Assembly: GCA_963555825.3 (NCBI GenBank)
Contig: CAUVXB020000002.1
Coordinates: 3,552,001 to 3,616,000 of the forward strand
Length of the DNA stretch: 64,000 nt
Source of the DNA: Alphaproteobacteria bacterium
Lineage (GTDB): Bacteria > Pseudomonadota > Alphaproteobacteria > JAAXGF01
Direction: 5' to 3'
A program made the position numbers and the translations under genes. The notes below the pieces were generated by a model. It was not told the origin of the DNA. It searched no databases and was given only the letters and a program-made list of their open reading frames with translations. This document shows, one piece after another, positions 1-11,298 of the stretch (position 1 is the stretch's first letter; each line of letters opens with the position of its first letter).

Positions 1-104
1 CCGGATCAGCGCCCGGTAGGCACTCAGCGGGTCGTCGCCCATGCCCGAGCCATGGTCCACTCTCTGTATTTCTCCCGTCAAATGGATGAGCCCGCCGCGC
101 TGGT

Positions 105-216
105 CCAGTTTCACCAGAATCAGGTTATCGGATGGCTGCGGAAGGAAAACAATACCAATGGCGGTGCCATTTCGTTACGATCGCCACGGACTTGAAAGTT
201 ATCTGGGAAATGTCGG
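105..216 (+). mobile_element. Right-end remnant of an IS1380-family element
   Basis: CCAGAATCAGGTTATCGGATGGCTGCGGAAGG and the terminal ATCTGGGAAATGTCGG resemble the right ends of the IS1380 copies at ~27590-27694 and ~57420-57527. Confidence 0.7.
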
Positions 217-348
217 ATACATCGAGTTTCAATCGGCGACTTGGTGAGTGGGCCTCGGGGTGATTTTCGTTCATCTTCCTTGATCTTCTGACGAGATGCC
301 ACCCTTTAAAATCAAGGCTTTGAGGGATACCGCTGAAAGGAGGAGGAC

Positions 349-1860
349 ATGAATGTCCAAGAATCGATTAGAAACGTAGACATAAAGCAGGCTAGAAACT
401 ACGTGAACGGTGAATGGGTCGAACCCCAGGACTGCAAATGGCTGGACATCGAAAATCCCAGCACCGGGGAGATCATCGGCGAGGTTCCCCTGTCCAGCAC
501 CGAGCAAACCAACGAAGCCATTGACGCCGCCCACGCTGCATTTCCAGCTTGGGCCGCCACTCCGGTCGACAAACGGGTGGCCCCGCTGTTCACGCTTGCC
601 GGATTGATTCGCGCCAACCATGAAAGAATCTGCCGCGTCCTGTCCGAGGAAATGGGCAAGTCTTTGCCCGACGCGCGGGCCGAGATAGCCCGCACGCTGG
701 AGAACGTCGAAGTCTCTTGCGGCATGCCGATCATGCAGCAGGGCGACAAACTGATCGGAGCGGCGCCGGGCGTCGACGGTGAGGTCATCCGCCTCCCCAT
801 GGGCGTCTTCGCCATGATCGCGCCATTCAACTTCCCCGGTATGGTTCCCTTCTGGTTCCTGCCCTACGCCATCGCGTCGGGCAACACCTTCGTGCTGAAG
901 CCCTCAAAGCAGGTCCCCCTGACCATGCAGTTGATCACCGAGTACATCGATCAATGCGGTTTCCCCAAGGGCGTGTTCAACATGGTGTGCGGCGACCGCG
1001 TGGTGGCTGACGCCTTTATGGAGCATCCCGCCGTCAAGGGCGTTTCGGTCGTCGGTTCGTCTCCGGTCTGCCAGATCATCGCCAACAAGTGCGCCGCCAA
1101 GAACAAGCGCTTCCAGGCCATGGGCGCAGCCAAGAACCATCTGGTGGTGATGGAAGACGCCAAGGTCGACGACGTCATCCGCAATCTGATCACCTCGGGT
1201 TACGGTTGCGCCGGCCAGCGCTGCATGGCCTCTTCGGTCGTCATCACCGTTGGCAAGAAGATTCACGAAGAAATTCTCCCCAAGTACATTCAGGCGGCCA
1301 AGGATGTGGTCGTCGCCGACCCCTTGGACCCCAAGGTGGCGGACGAGCAGATGGTGATGGGCCCGATGGTCTCGGCCACGGCCAAGAAATTCGTCGAGGA
1401 GATGATCGAAACCGGCGTCAAGGAAGGCGCCAATCTGGTCCTCGACGGGCGCGGTCTGGTGGTTCCCGGTTGCGAGAACGGACACTTCCTGGGCACCACG
1501 GTGTTCACCGATGTCAAGGAGGGAATGGAAATCCACAACATCGAGATTTTCGGACCCGTGCAGTCGATCATGAACGTCGATACCCTGGATGACGCCATCC
1601 GGATTATCAACGACCACGCCTATGGCAACGGCTGTTCGCTCTACACCCAGAACGGTTATTGGGCGCGCAAATTCAAGATCGAGGCCCAGAGCGGGATGAT
1701 CGGCATCAACGTCGGCATTCCGGCGCCGGTGGCTTACCTGCCGTTTGGTGGCATGAAGCAGTCGCAGTTCGCCGACATCAAGACCCAGGGCGTCGCGGCG
1801 GTTAGGTTCTTCACCGAAGACAAGATCGTCACCGAACGCTTCTGGTCTGAAGAAGACTAA
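349..1860 (+). CDS. mmsA: CoA-acylating methylmalonate/malonate-semialdehyde dehydrogenase (ALDH family)
   Basis: 503 aa; motifs APFNFPGMVP, LKPS, GAAKNH, GCAGQRCMA (catalytic Cys), EIFGPV, PFGGMK; RBS AGGAGGA. Confidence 0.9.
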   Translation: MNVQESIRNVDIKQARNYVNGEWVEPQDCKWLDIENPSTGEIIGEVPLSSTEQTNEAIDAAHAAFPAWAATPVDKRVAPLFTLAGLIRANHERICRVLSEEMGKSLPDARAEIARTLENVEVSCGMPIMQQGDKLIGAAPGVDGEVIRLPMGVFAMIAPFNFPGMVPFWFLPYAIASGNTFVLKPSKQVPLTMQLITEYIDQCGFPKGVFNMVCGDRVVADAFMEHPAVKGVSVVGSSPVCQIIANKCAAKNKRFQAMGAAKNHLVVMEDAKVDDVIRNLITSGYGCAGQRCMASSVVITVGKKIHEEILPKYIQAAKDVVVADPLDPKVADEQMVMGPMVSATAKKFVEEMIETGVKEGANLVLDGRGLVVPGCENGHFLGTTVFTDVKEGMEIHNIEIFGPVQSIMNVDTLDDAIRIINDHAYGNGCSLYTQNGYWARKFKIEAQSGMIGINVGIPAPVAYLPFGGMKQSQFADIKTQGVAAVRFFTEDKIVTERFWSEED

Positions 1861-1880
1861 CCGGCGCAATTGCATGAAAT

Positions 1881-1905
1881 GGACCGCGGGCATCGCCCGC
1901 GGTCC
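1881..1905. terminator. GC-rich hairpin between the convergent ALDH genes
   Basis: GGACCGCGGGC-ATC-GCCCGCGGTCC perfect 11-bp stem; no clear U-tract. Confidence 0.5.
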
Positions 1906-2042
1906 CGGTGCAAACGACTGCGCCGGCGATGGGCGTGGTCATGGATCCGGCGCTTGCGCTCGATCTCGCCGCTCCGGATCAGCGCTCGGTAGGTGCTTGG
2001 CAGGTCATCGCCCACGGCCGATCCAGTGCGTTGGGCTGCGCC

Positions 2043-3542
<1,500 letters not shown>

Positions 3543-3823
3543 GGATGTCCTCCTGGCGGCGGCGCCCGAAAAAGTCGTCTCGTTGGATTTAGTATTAGCC
3601 CAAATGAACAAGCCGTCGCCGGCTGGCGCAAGCGAAATCTTGGTTGGGCGCGGCATATCACGAACGCGGTTGGATTGACAGGTTTCCTGACCACTCCCTA
3701 GAGTGCCTGCAAAACAAATAAGCAGAGCTATAACCGAATCTTGTGTACGGCGTTGAAATGAAGGCGGCGTATCCTGGTGATTGTTGATGTCACCACTTGA
3801 GCTAAGCCAAGGAAGGATACGCC

Positions 3824-5068
3824 ATGAAAGAGAATACCGTTGTTGCTTTTCAAAACCCATCTGATTTTCAGAAAGATCCGTTGACGGAAGTCCTACAAGC
3901 TGGAGCTCGCGAGTTGTTGGCCCAAGCCGTTGAGGCCGAGGTCTCCGTGTTTTTGGGTAGCCATGCGGCGCTTGTTGACGCCGCCGGCCGCCGCCGGGTT
4001 GTCCGCAATGGATATCTGCCGGAACGCTTCATCCAGACCGGGATCGGCCCGGTGAGCGTGCGCCAACCCCGTGTGCGGGACCGGGGGGACGGCGCCATCC
4101 GCTTCACGTCGGCGATCCTGCCGCGCTATCTGCGCCGCGCCAAGAGCCTGGAAGACCTTTTGCCATGGCTGTATCTGAAGGGCATTTCCACCGGCGACTT
4201 CGGGGAAGCCTTGGCGGCGCTCCTGGGGAGCTCCGCGCCGGGGCTTTCGGCCTCCACGATCACCCGGCTGAAAGAGGTCTGGGGGGTTGAGGCGGAGCGC
4301 TGGCAACGGCGCGACCTCACGGCCAAGCGCTACGTCTATTTCTGGGTGGACGGCATCTATTTCAGCGCCCGCATGGAGGAAGAGAAGCAGTGCATCCTGG
4401 TGATCGTCGGGGCCACGGACAAGGGACAGAAGGAACTGATCGCCATCGCCGACGGCTATCGCGAAAGTGAGCAGTCCTGGCTCGAAGTTCTGCTCGATCT
4501 CAAGCGGCGCGGCCTTGAAATGGGTCCGCAACTGGCGCTCGGCGACGGCGCGCTCGGCTTCTGGAAGGCGCTCCGCCAAGTCTACCCAGGCGCCCGCGAG
4601 CAACGCTGCTGGGTTCACAAGACGGGCAACGTCTTGAACAAGCTGCCCAAGGGTCTGCAAAAGAAAGCCAAGGGGCGCCTGCAAGACATCTGGATGGCCG
4701 AAACCAGGAAGGATGCCGAGAGCGCCTTCGACTTCTTCCTGGAAGCCTACGGGCCGAAGTACGACAAGGCCGCGGCCTGCCTGGCCAAGGACCGCGACGT
4801 CCTGCTGACGTTCTACGACTTCCCCGCCGAGCACTGGAAGCATGTACGCACGACCAACCCCATCGAGAGCACGTTCGCCACGGTTCGTCTGCGCACCTAC
4901 CGGACCAAGGGCTGCCTGTCGCGCAAGACGGCGATGGCCATGGTCTTCAAACTATGCCAGTGCGCTCAGAGAAAATGGAGAAAACTCGATGGATCGAACC
5001 ATCTCGCCGAGATCATTCGCGGCGTCAAATTCGTAGATGGAGAACGCCAGGATCGCGCCGCCGCATGA
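3824..5068 (+). CDS. IS256 family transposase
   Basis: 414 aa; VVRNGYLPER, LYLKGISTGD, WVDGIY, GDGALGFW, QRCWVHK, RTTNPIES. Confidence 0.95.
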   Translation: MKENTVVAFQNPSDFQKDPLTEVLQAGARELLAQAVEAEVSVFLGSHAALVDAAGRRRVVRNGYLPERFIQTGIGPVSVRQPRVRDRGDGAIRFTSAILPRYLRRAKSLEDLLPWLYLKGISTGDFGEALAALLGSSAPGLSASTITRLKEVWGVEAERWQRRDLTAKRYVYFWVDGIYFSARMEEEKQCILVIVGATDKGQKELIAIADGYRESEQSWLEVLLDLKRRGLEMGPQLALGDGALGFWKALRQVYPGAREQRCWVHKTGNVLNKLPKGLQKKAKGRLQDIWMAETRKDAESAFDFFLEAYGPKYDKAAACLAKDRDVLLTFYDFPAEHWKHVRTTNPIESTFATVRLRTYRTKGCLSRKTAMAMVFKLCQCAQRKWRKLDGSNHLAEIIRGVKFVDGERQDRAAA

Positions 5069-5901
5069 TCAGCCCATACACAACTTTTGACGGGGCGGTA
5101 AAAAGTTGTTGGCCGATGGCGTGCTTGTACAGGTCTTTGCGGTTCGGTGAAGAATATTTGCCTGTCTCCGCGTTGCTGGTGGATAAAACCTGATATTACC
5201 TACCCTTGGCTTCTCCTTGGCTTCGTTTTTTATGGTGCGATTGCCGCGCAGCGTCGGATATTGAGGCCGAGGGCACGCAGATTGACCACGTAGCGCATGG
5301 CCGGCATGCCGCGAATGCGTAGGTGAGCCAGGTTCATCTGGTACTTTAATCGCGACATGGTCGCTTCTATGCCGGCCCGCCATCTGTAGACGTTGCGGAA
5401 GGCATCGCTTTGTTCATAAAGCCGGCGCTTTTGGTTGGCAGCCCTGGCCGGGGTATATTGAAAGCGGGAAAATTGGCCGTCACGCTTGGCCGCCTGCACG
5501 GGACATCGCAGTATATCGGGACATTTTTGGCAGATGGAGAGGTCGAAACGGGCCTGCAGCTTGGCTTTGGCGAGCGAGGCTGAAACCGGTTCGACGTTAT
5601 TGGGACAGCGCAAGACCAAGCCTTCTTCGTTGAGAGTGAAATCCTCCAACGTCAACCGTCCCGAGACGGCGCCTTTCGGCGGTCGTGCGGGCGCCACGAG
5701 ATTGATGTTCTGTTCGCGCGTCAGAGCCATGTTGTCACTGGAACCGTAATGTGAATCACCCAGCATCACCGCCGGCGTCAGCGCGCGCTCGCTCAGATCA
5801 TCCAGCGCATCGGCTAAGCGATGGCCGTCATGCACCGTCATCTTGTGGACCTCCACGTGGGTGATGAGGTCCGGTGTCGCGGCAACCGCCTCGTTACTGA
5901 T

Positions 5902-7073
5902 ACCGCATCCGGCTGATCAGTTCGGATAGATGGTTTTGGGCCACCAGTGGAAGTCGATACGCCCCTTGAAGAGTTCGGGATTGGCATCGAGAGTGAGGCA
6001 GCGCCGGGCGACGACGGCGTCGAGTTCCTCGATGGTCTCGAAGTGTCTGTTTGCGACCGGCTCGTCGAGTACGGGCCAGAGACATTCGGCCGGTTGCAGC
6101 TGGGGCGTATAGGGCGGCAAGTAGACGAGGTGGAGGCCTTCCGGCACCGTGAGGTTCGGCGCCGTGTGCCACCCGGCGCCGTCGATCACCAGGATGATGA
6201 TGCGGCTCTGCCCAGCGCCGGCCTCGCGGGCGAAGAGGGCGAGCAGCTTCTCGAAGAATGGCTTGGAGACACAATTGGAGATGTACCAAAAGGTCTCTCC
6301 GCTGGTCGGCGAGACGAGGGCGGTGACGTAGAGCCATTTGAAGCGGTGGTGGCCGAGCGCCACCGGGCGCATCCCGCGCGGCGCCCAGCAGCGCCGGGCC
6401 AATGGCTTCAGACCGAGCCGGTGTTCGTCGCTGGCGAAGACTTCGATCGGCGTGCCGGGGTGGCGCTCGGCTTCTTCCGCGACCAGGCGGTGAAGTTTTT
6501 TTTAAACGCCTGGCGTTCTTCCTCGCTCGCCGCCCCGGGGTTGTTCGGCCTGGGCACCTGCAAACTCCACTCGACTGCCTTCAGCGCCTCCCAGCCCCGT
6601 TGCGGCGCCACCGTCTCCAAGCCCAGTTCGCCCGCCATCCAAGCCGCCACCTTCGGCCCAGACCACAAGCCGCCGTCCGCCGGCGGCTTTTTCAGGCGCT
6701 CTTTCAACACCGCCAGGACTTCCGGCTTCAGGATCGTCGCCTCGGAGCCGTTCGAGCGTCGACGATCGCCCAGCGACGACGGGCCGAGCTTGTTGTAGCG
6801 AGAAAGCAATTGTTCGAGCCAGCGTTGGCCGAAACTCGTCATCTCCGACACTTCGCGAACCGTATGGCCTTTGGCCAAAAGCCAGATCACCTGGAAGTGC
6901 CGCGCCTCCGTCGCCTCCGACGCCGAGCGATACCGTCCCTCCAACTCAGAAAGCTGCAAATGTTCCTCGACATGCGCCATGTCCCGCCCCTCCGCGAATC
7001 ATGACTACGGATCCTAACCCTTTCCGATTCCAACGGGAATCCGTCGCAACCGAATCATTCAGGCGGAGTCGGT
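5902..7073 (-). mobile_element. IS630-family element
   Basis: IRs ACCGCATCCGGCTGA / TCAGGCGGAGTCGGT; inserted in the host transposase. Confidence 0.85.
5917..6980 (-). CDS. IS630 family transposase (OrfA 6980-6408 plus OrfB; probable -1 frameshift at TTTAAAAAAAAC, ~6500)
   Basis: N-terminal winged-HTH part; DDE part with IDGAGWH and YLPPYTPQLQPAE. Confidence 0.85.
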
Positions 7074-7828
7074 ATGACATCTTCACAATAGGTTTCGACG
7101 ATCTGCGCCATGTATCCTTGACCCTTGTGCGCGTTGTAGCTCGCGTCCGGGTCGGCCGGATTGCCGACGGTATCGCACGGCACATCCTTTGGATCTCGAA
7201 TCGCGGCGCGCGTTGCGTCACGATCGCCATACTCATCATCAACGATCTCGAACTGATCGCGCAGAACCCTCTCCAGGATCGCAAAACTGGAAAGCTTTGC
7301 CGCCGCCGTGTCACGGAATTGCAGCACCAGGGCTAGGAGATACTGACCCGCTTCGCCGAGGCGCCGTTTTGAAACACTCGGCGCCGTATTCGCGAACGCG
7401 CCATTACCCTCGCGATCGACATAGCGGCGGATCACCTCCTTGCTGATCTGCTCGTGCAGACCGGGATGATATCGCTCAAGCTCACGGGCAAACTTCGAGA
7501 TGCTCTCAACAACGATACCAAGTCGTGTCAGCGCCCGCATTGCCGAACGAAGGGCCGTCGAATCCATGCGTTGGTGGCTGGTATCGACAGAGAACCCCTG
7601 CACCAGCCGATCCGTCAAACACCGGAACAGCAATTCATCGAGACCTTGTTCGATAAACAGACGGCGATAGTTGCGCAGGGTTTTCTCACAGAAATAGCTG
7701 TCCGCTTCGCTGCGCACGTCCAAGGCATAGTGCCACGCCATATTGAAGGCCAGGGCCTCGACGGTCTCTGCATCGCTCAGATCGTGCAGCTGCTGTATCG
7801 CACCCGGTTCCTTGGACACAAGTTTATC

Positions 7829-8740
7829 TCATGCGGCGGGCCTGAGTGACATCGCGGTGTGCCACGCCTGACGAGCTTGAGCGGGGCTCAGGTAGCCGTT
7901 CTTCTCCACGATCCACTGGGCATTGTACTGTTCGACGAACCCGCGGACGGCGTTCCGCAGCTCCGCGATGTTGCGGTAGATGCGGCCATGGATGATCTGT
8001 TCCTTGAGCGTGCGATTGAACCTCTCGGCGACGCCGTTGGTCTGGGGCTGTTCGACGAAGGCGTAGGACGGCTGGATGCCCCAGAACTTGATCTGGTTGG
8101 TGAAGTGGTCCGACAGATACTGGGAGCCGTGATCCATCCGCAAGGCCAGCCCCCGCGCCGCACCGGCGGAGGTCGAGGCATACAGCCTCGCAAGCCCCAT
8201 GGAGATCGGCTGAAGGGCGGCGAAGCGGTCGCCTCGCTTGCACACATGCCAGCCGACGCACTCGGCGTTCCAATGCTCGATGGCGGTGAATATCCAGCCC
8301 CAGCCGTCGTCCACCGTGAACACCCGAACGCCGTCCGTGCCCCACATGAGGTTGGGGGCATGGGTGATGATCTCACCGACATGGGGATTTCCGCCACGGC
8401 GGCGGCAGCGATGGGGCGAGAGCAGGTTGTTCTCGCGCATCACCCGGAGCCCCCGCTTGCGGGAAACACGGATGCCACGACAGACCCGAAGCCGAGCCCA
8501 GACCTTGCGGTGTCCCTCGCCCTCCCAGGGGGATGCCTCCAGGTCGGCCTCGATGGCCACCAGCAGAGCCTCGTCCGAGATCGAGGGCTTCGGTCCCCGG
8601 CGCTTTGCTGGTGGGCGCTCAGCGGTGGCCTGCTGCCGGGATTTCATGGCGTAGAACGAGGAACGGGCAAAACCCCAGGCCGCACAGACCCGCTGGAGGC
8701 CGTAGGCCAAACCCGTGCCGGGAGAGGTGGCGGCACTCAT
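7829..8740 (-). CDS. IS3-type transposase OrfB (rve integrase core)
   Basis: WGTD, RMDHGSQY, PQTNGVAERFNRTLKE. Confidence 0.92.
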   Translation of the reverse strand: MSAATSPGTGLAYGLQRVCAAWGFARSSFYAMKSRQQATAERPPAKRRGPKPSISDEALLVAIEADLEASPWEGEGHRKVWARLRVCRGIRVSRKRGLRVMRENNLLSPHRCRRRGGNPHVGEIITHAPNLMWGTDGVRVFTVDDGWGWIFTAIEHWNAECVGWHVCKRGDRFAALQPISMGLARLYASTSAGAARGLALRMDHGSQYLSDHFTNQIKFWGIQPSYAFVEQPQTNGVAERFNRTLKEQIIHGRIYRNIAELRNAVRGFVEQYNAQWIVEKNGYLSPAQARQAWHTAMSLRPAA

Positions 8741-9168
8741 CGCCGCGACCTCCGCCGCCCCAAAGGGCCGGACGTCTCCGTCTTGGCCTCCAGCAGTTCC
8801 ACCTGCATGATCAACTCCCCGATCCGCTTCATGGCGATGTCCAGTTCCGCCTTCACCGGATCGCCCTTGCGTTCCTTGAGCGAGGCATCGATCCCGGCGA
8901 TCGCCTTCTCACGCCACTGCTCGAGCCGGAAAATCTCCACGCCCAACTGCCGCGACAAAAGTTCCACCGGCTCGCCACGCAAAAGCCGCAGGGCAACCTC
9001 ACGCTTGCGCGTCACCGTCCACCGCTGGCCAAGTCCCAGCGGGCCTGCCGGCGAAACCTGGCCCGGGGAAAACGTGGACGAGCCAAGCTCGCCCTCGTTT
9101 ACCACAGGCCCATCAACAGCAACTTTGTTCTCAAAATTGTCGGTCATGTTCCGGTCCTCCTTGGACAC
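8737..9168 (-). CDS. IS3-type OrfA (HTH protein)
   Basis: RWTVTRKREVALRLLRGE helix-turn-helix; ATGA overlap with OrfB. Confidence 0.8.
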   Translation of the reverse strand: MSKEDRNMTDNFENKVAVDGPVVNEGELGSSTFSPGQVSPAGPLGLGQRWTVTRKREVALRLLRGEPVELLSRQLGVEIFRLEQWREKAIAGIDASLKERKGDPVKAELDIAMKRIGELIMQVELLEAKTETSGPLGRRRSRR

Positions 9169-9540
9169 TTCGATTAAGCCAATTCTGTGTCCAAGGAAAT
9201 CGGGTCCGACTCAGATCGTGCAGCTGCTGCAAAAGCAAGACCCCGATGACAACGTGTAGATCCTTCGATGGTCGGCCCATGCGTTCATCAAGGTGACGGC
9301 AAAGATCGTCAACCGGAAGTTCGACAAGCAGATGGTTCCGAAAAACCCCGGCCCAGGATTGCTCCATCAGGCGCCGACGTTTGTCCCCGAAATCGGACCA
9401 GCGATCAAACAATTCCCCAGTCCGTCGGTCGCGTAAAGTAAACATGCACAATTATAATCCAGCCGACTCTCATGAGGAATCGACTTTTTACCGCCCCGTC
9501 AACTTTTGACAATAGCTCAAATAAGCATTCGGAGGAGGAC

Positions 9541-11298
9541 GTGACCCAGGCGCGCGTCGAACGCAGGCTCGCCGCGATTCTCGCGGCCGACGTCGTCGGC
9601 TATTCGCGGCTCATGGGCGCCGATGAGGCGGGCACTCTTGCGCGGCTCCAGGCGCTGCGCGCCGAGGCGGTCGATCCGGCCATCGCCGAGCACAACGGCC
9701 GCATGGTCAAGCTGATGGGCGACGGCGCGCTGGTCGAGTTTGGCAGCGTCGTCGACGCCGTCGCCTGCGCGGTCGCGGTCCAGAACGCGGTCGCCGAGGC
9801 GGGCGGCGAGCTGCCCGCGGACCAACGCATCGTCTTCCGCATCGGCGTCAACCTGGGCGACGTCATTGTCGAGGGCGACGACATCTACGGCGACGGCGTC
9901 AACGTTGCCTCGCGCCTGCAGGAGATCGCCGAGCCGGGCGGCGTGTGCATCTCGGGCAGCGTCTTCGAACAGATCAAGGGCAAGCTCGATGCCGCCTTTG
10001 ACGACATGGGCGCCCAAGACGTCAAGAACATCGCCGAACCGGTGCGTGCTTACCGCTGGGCAGGATGCCTCACCGCGCCGCCGGTCGCGGCGTCGCTCGC
10101 GCTTCCCAACAAACCGTCGATCGCCGTGCTGCCGTTCGACAACATGTCCGATGACCCGGCACAGGAATTCTTCGCCGACGGCATAGCCGAGGACATCATC
10201 GCTGCGCTGTCGCGTTTCCACTGGTTCTTCGTGATCTCGCGCAACTCGAGCTTCACGTACAAGGGCAAGGCGGTGGACGTGAAGCAGGCGGCGCGCGAAC
10301 TGGGCGTTCAATATGTGTTGGAAGGCAGCGTGCGCAAGGCGGGCGAGAGGGTGCGCATCACCGCCCAGTTGATCGACGCGGTCGGCGACCACCACGTCTG
10401 GGCCGAACGCTACGACCGCGTGCTCGAGGACATCTTCGCCGTGCAGGACGAGATCACCCAGTCGATCGTCGGCAAGGTGGCGCCAGAGTTTCTCGACGCC
10501 GAGATGCAGCGCGCGCGACGCAAGGAGGTGCCGCGTCTCGACGCCTGGGAGCTGGTGACCCGCGCGCACTGGCACGTCACGCAGTTCTCCAAGGAGGACA
10601 ACGTCGAGGCGCGGTCGTTGCTGCTCAAGGCCGTCGAGCTCGACCCGGAGACTTCGTTCGGACTGGCCGACCTGTCGTTCACCTACCTGCGCGATTGGGT
10701 CTACGGCCTGAGCGACGATCAGGAACACGCGATGGCCAAGGCGATAGGGATCGCCGAGCGGGCGGTCGCGATCAACCCGCGCGACGCCTACGCCCACGCC
10801 CTGCTCGGCGCCGCCGCGCTCTACTCCGGCCGGCACGACGACGCGGTCCCTCACCTCGAACAGGCGATCACGCTCAACCCCAACGCCCCGCACGCCTATT
10901 CCATCCTCGGCAGGACGCAGATCTACCTGGGCGAGTCCGAGCGCGGACTCGAAACCGTCAACCGGGCGATCCGCCTGAGCCCGCGAGACCCGATGATCAC
11001 CCTCTGGTTTGGCATTCAGTCGGTCGCGGCCTTCATGGACGAACGTTATGACGACGCGCTCGATTGGGCGAAGTCCGCGATCCGCGCCCAGCCGCAACGC
11101 AACACCGCCTACCTCGACCTGGCGGCGGCATGCGCACGGCTGGGCAAGGCCGAGGAGGCGGCCGAGGCCGTGGCGACCTTCGAGCGCCTGACCGTGAACC
11201 CGTCGCTCGACCAGGCCGCCCGCATCCACCCGTTCACCCGAGCGGTCGACCGCGAGCGTTATCTGGGCGCTCTGCGCAAGGCGGGGCTGGCGGAATGA
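9541..11298 (+). CDS. Class III adenylate/guanylate cyclase-TolB-like-TPR protein, copy 1
   Basis: GTG start after GGAGGAGG; ADVVGYSRLM, KLMGDG, DIYGDGVNVASRLQ; PSIAVLPF; C-terminal TPRs. Confidence 0.92.
   Translation: MTQARVERRLAAILAADVVGYSRLMGADEAGTLARLQALRAEAVDPAIAEHNGRMVKLMGDGALVEFGSVVDAVACAVAVQNAVAEAGGELPADQRIVFRIGVNLGDVIVEGDDIYGDGVNVASRLQEIAEPGGVCISGSVFEQIKGKLDAAFDDMGAQDVKNIAEPVRAYRWAGCLTAPPVAASLALPNKPSIAVLPFDNMSDDPAQEFFADGIAEDIIAALSRFHWFFVISRNSSFTYKGKAVDVKQAARELGVQYVLEGSVRKAGERVRITAQLIDAVGDHHVWAERYDRVLEDIFAVQDEITQSIVGKVAPEFLDAEMQRARRKEVPRLDAWELVTRAHWHVTQFSKEDNVEARSLLLKAVELDPETSFGLADLSFTYLRDWVYGLSDDQEHAMAKAIGIAERAVAINPRDAYAHALLGAAALYSGRHDDAVPHLEQAITLNPNAPHAYSILGRTQIYLGESERGLETVNRAIRLSPRDPMITLWFGIQSVAAFMDERYDDALDWAKSAIRAQPQRNTAYLDLAAACARLGKAEEAAEAVATFERLTVNPSLDQAARIHPFTRAVDRERYLGALRKAGLAE

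Larger units (their letters stand above)
7794..9213 (-). mobile_element. IS3/IS481-like element, copy 1
   Basis: TG...CA ends with TTCCTTGGACACA IRs; 14-bp DR GATCGTGCAGCTGC at 7780-7793 and 9214-9227; near-identical to 62384-63803. Confidence 0.9.
5230..9445 (-). pseudogene. Transposase split into three pieces (9445-9214, 7793-7074, 5899-5230)
   Basis: Pieces MFTLRDRR..LLLQQLHDLS / DAETVEAL..RMDST..VETYCEDV / ..GDSHYGS..RWRAGIEATMSRLK rejoin in frame once the two inserted IS are removed. Confidence 0.85.
5089..9500 (-). mobile_element. IS1182/IS5-like DDE element, itself interrupted twice
   Basis: IRs GACGGGGCGGTAAAAAGT and ACTTTTTACCGCCCCGTC; 7-bp DR AACTTTT at 5082-5088 and 9501-9507. 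Confidence 0.85.
3725..9518 (+). mobile_element. IS256-family element whose right IR carries a nested insertion
   Basis: Left IR GAGCTATAACCGAATCTTGTGTA; right IR TACACAACTTTT//GACAATAGCTC is split; 9-bp DR AAATAAGCA at 3716-3724 and 9519-9527. Confidence 0.9.

Noticed and set aside
7859-9259. Long antisense ORFs (also 9517-11229, 20252-21598, 43018-44508, 62218-63738)
   Set aside because: Shadow ORFs of high-GC coding strands, with no recognisable motifs
9506-9540. IS256-derived hybrid promoter (TTGACA at 9506)
   Set aside because: No plausible -10 element at 16-18 bp spacing
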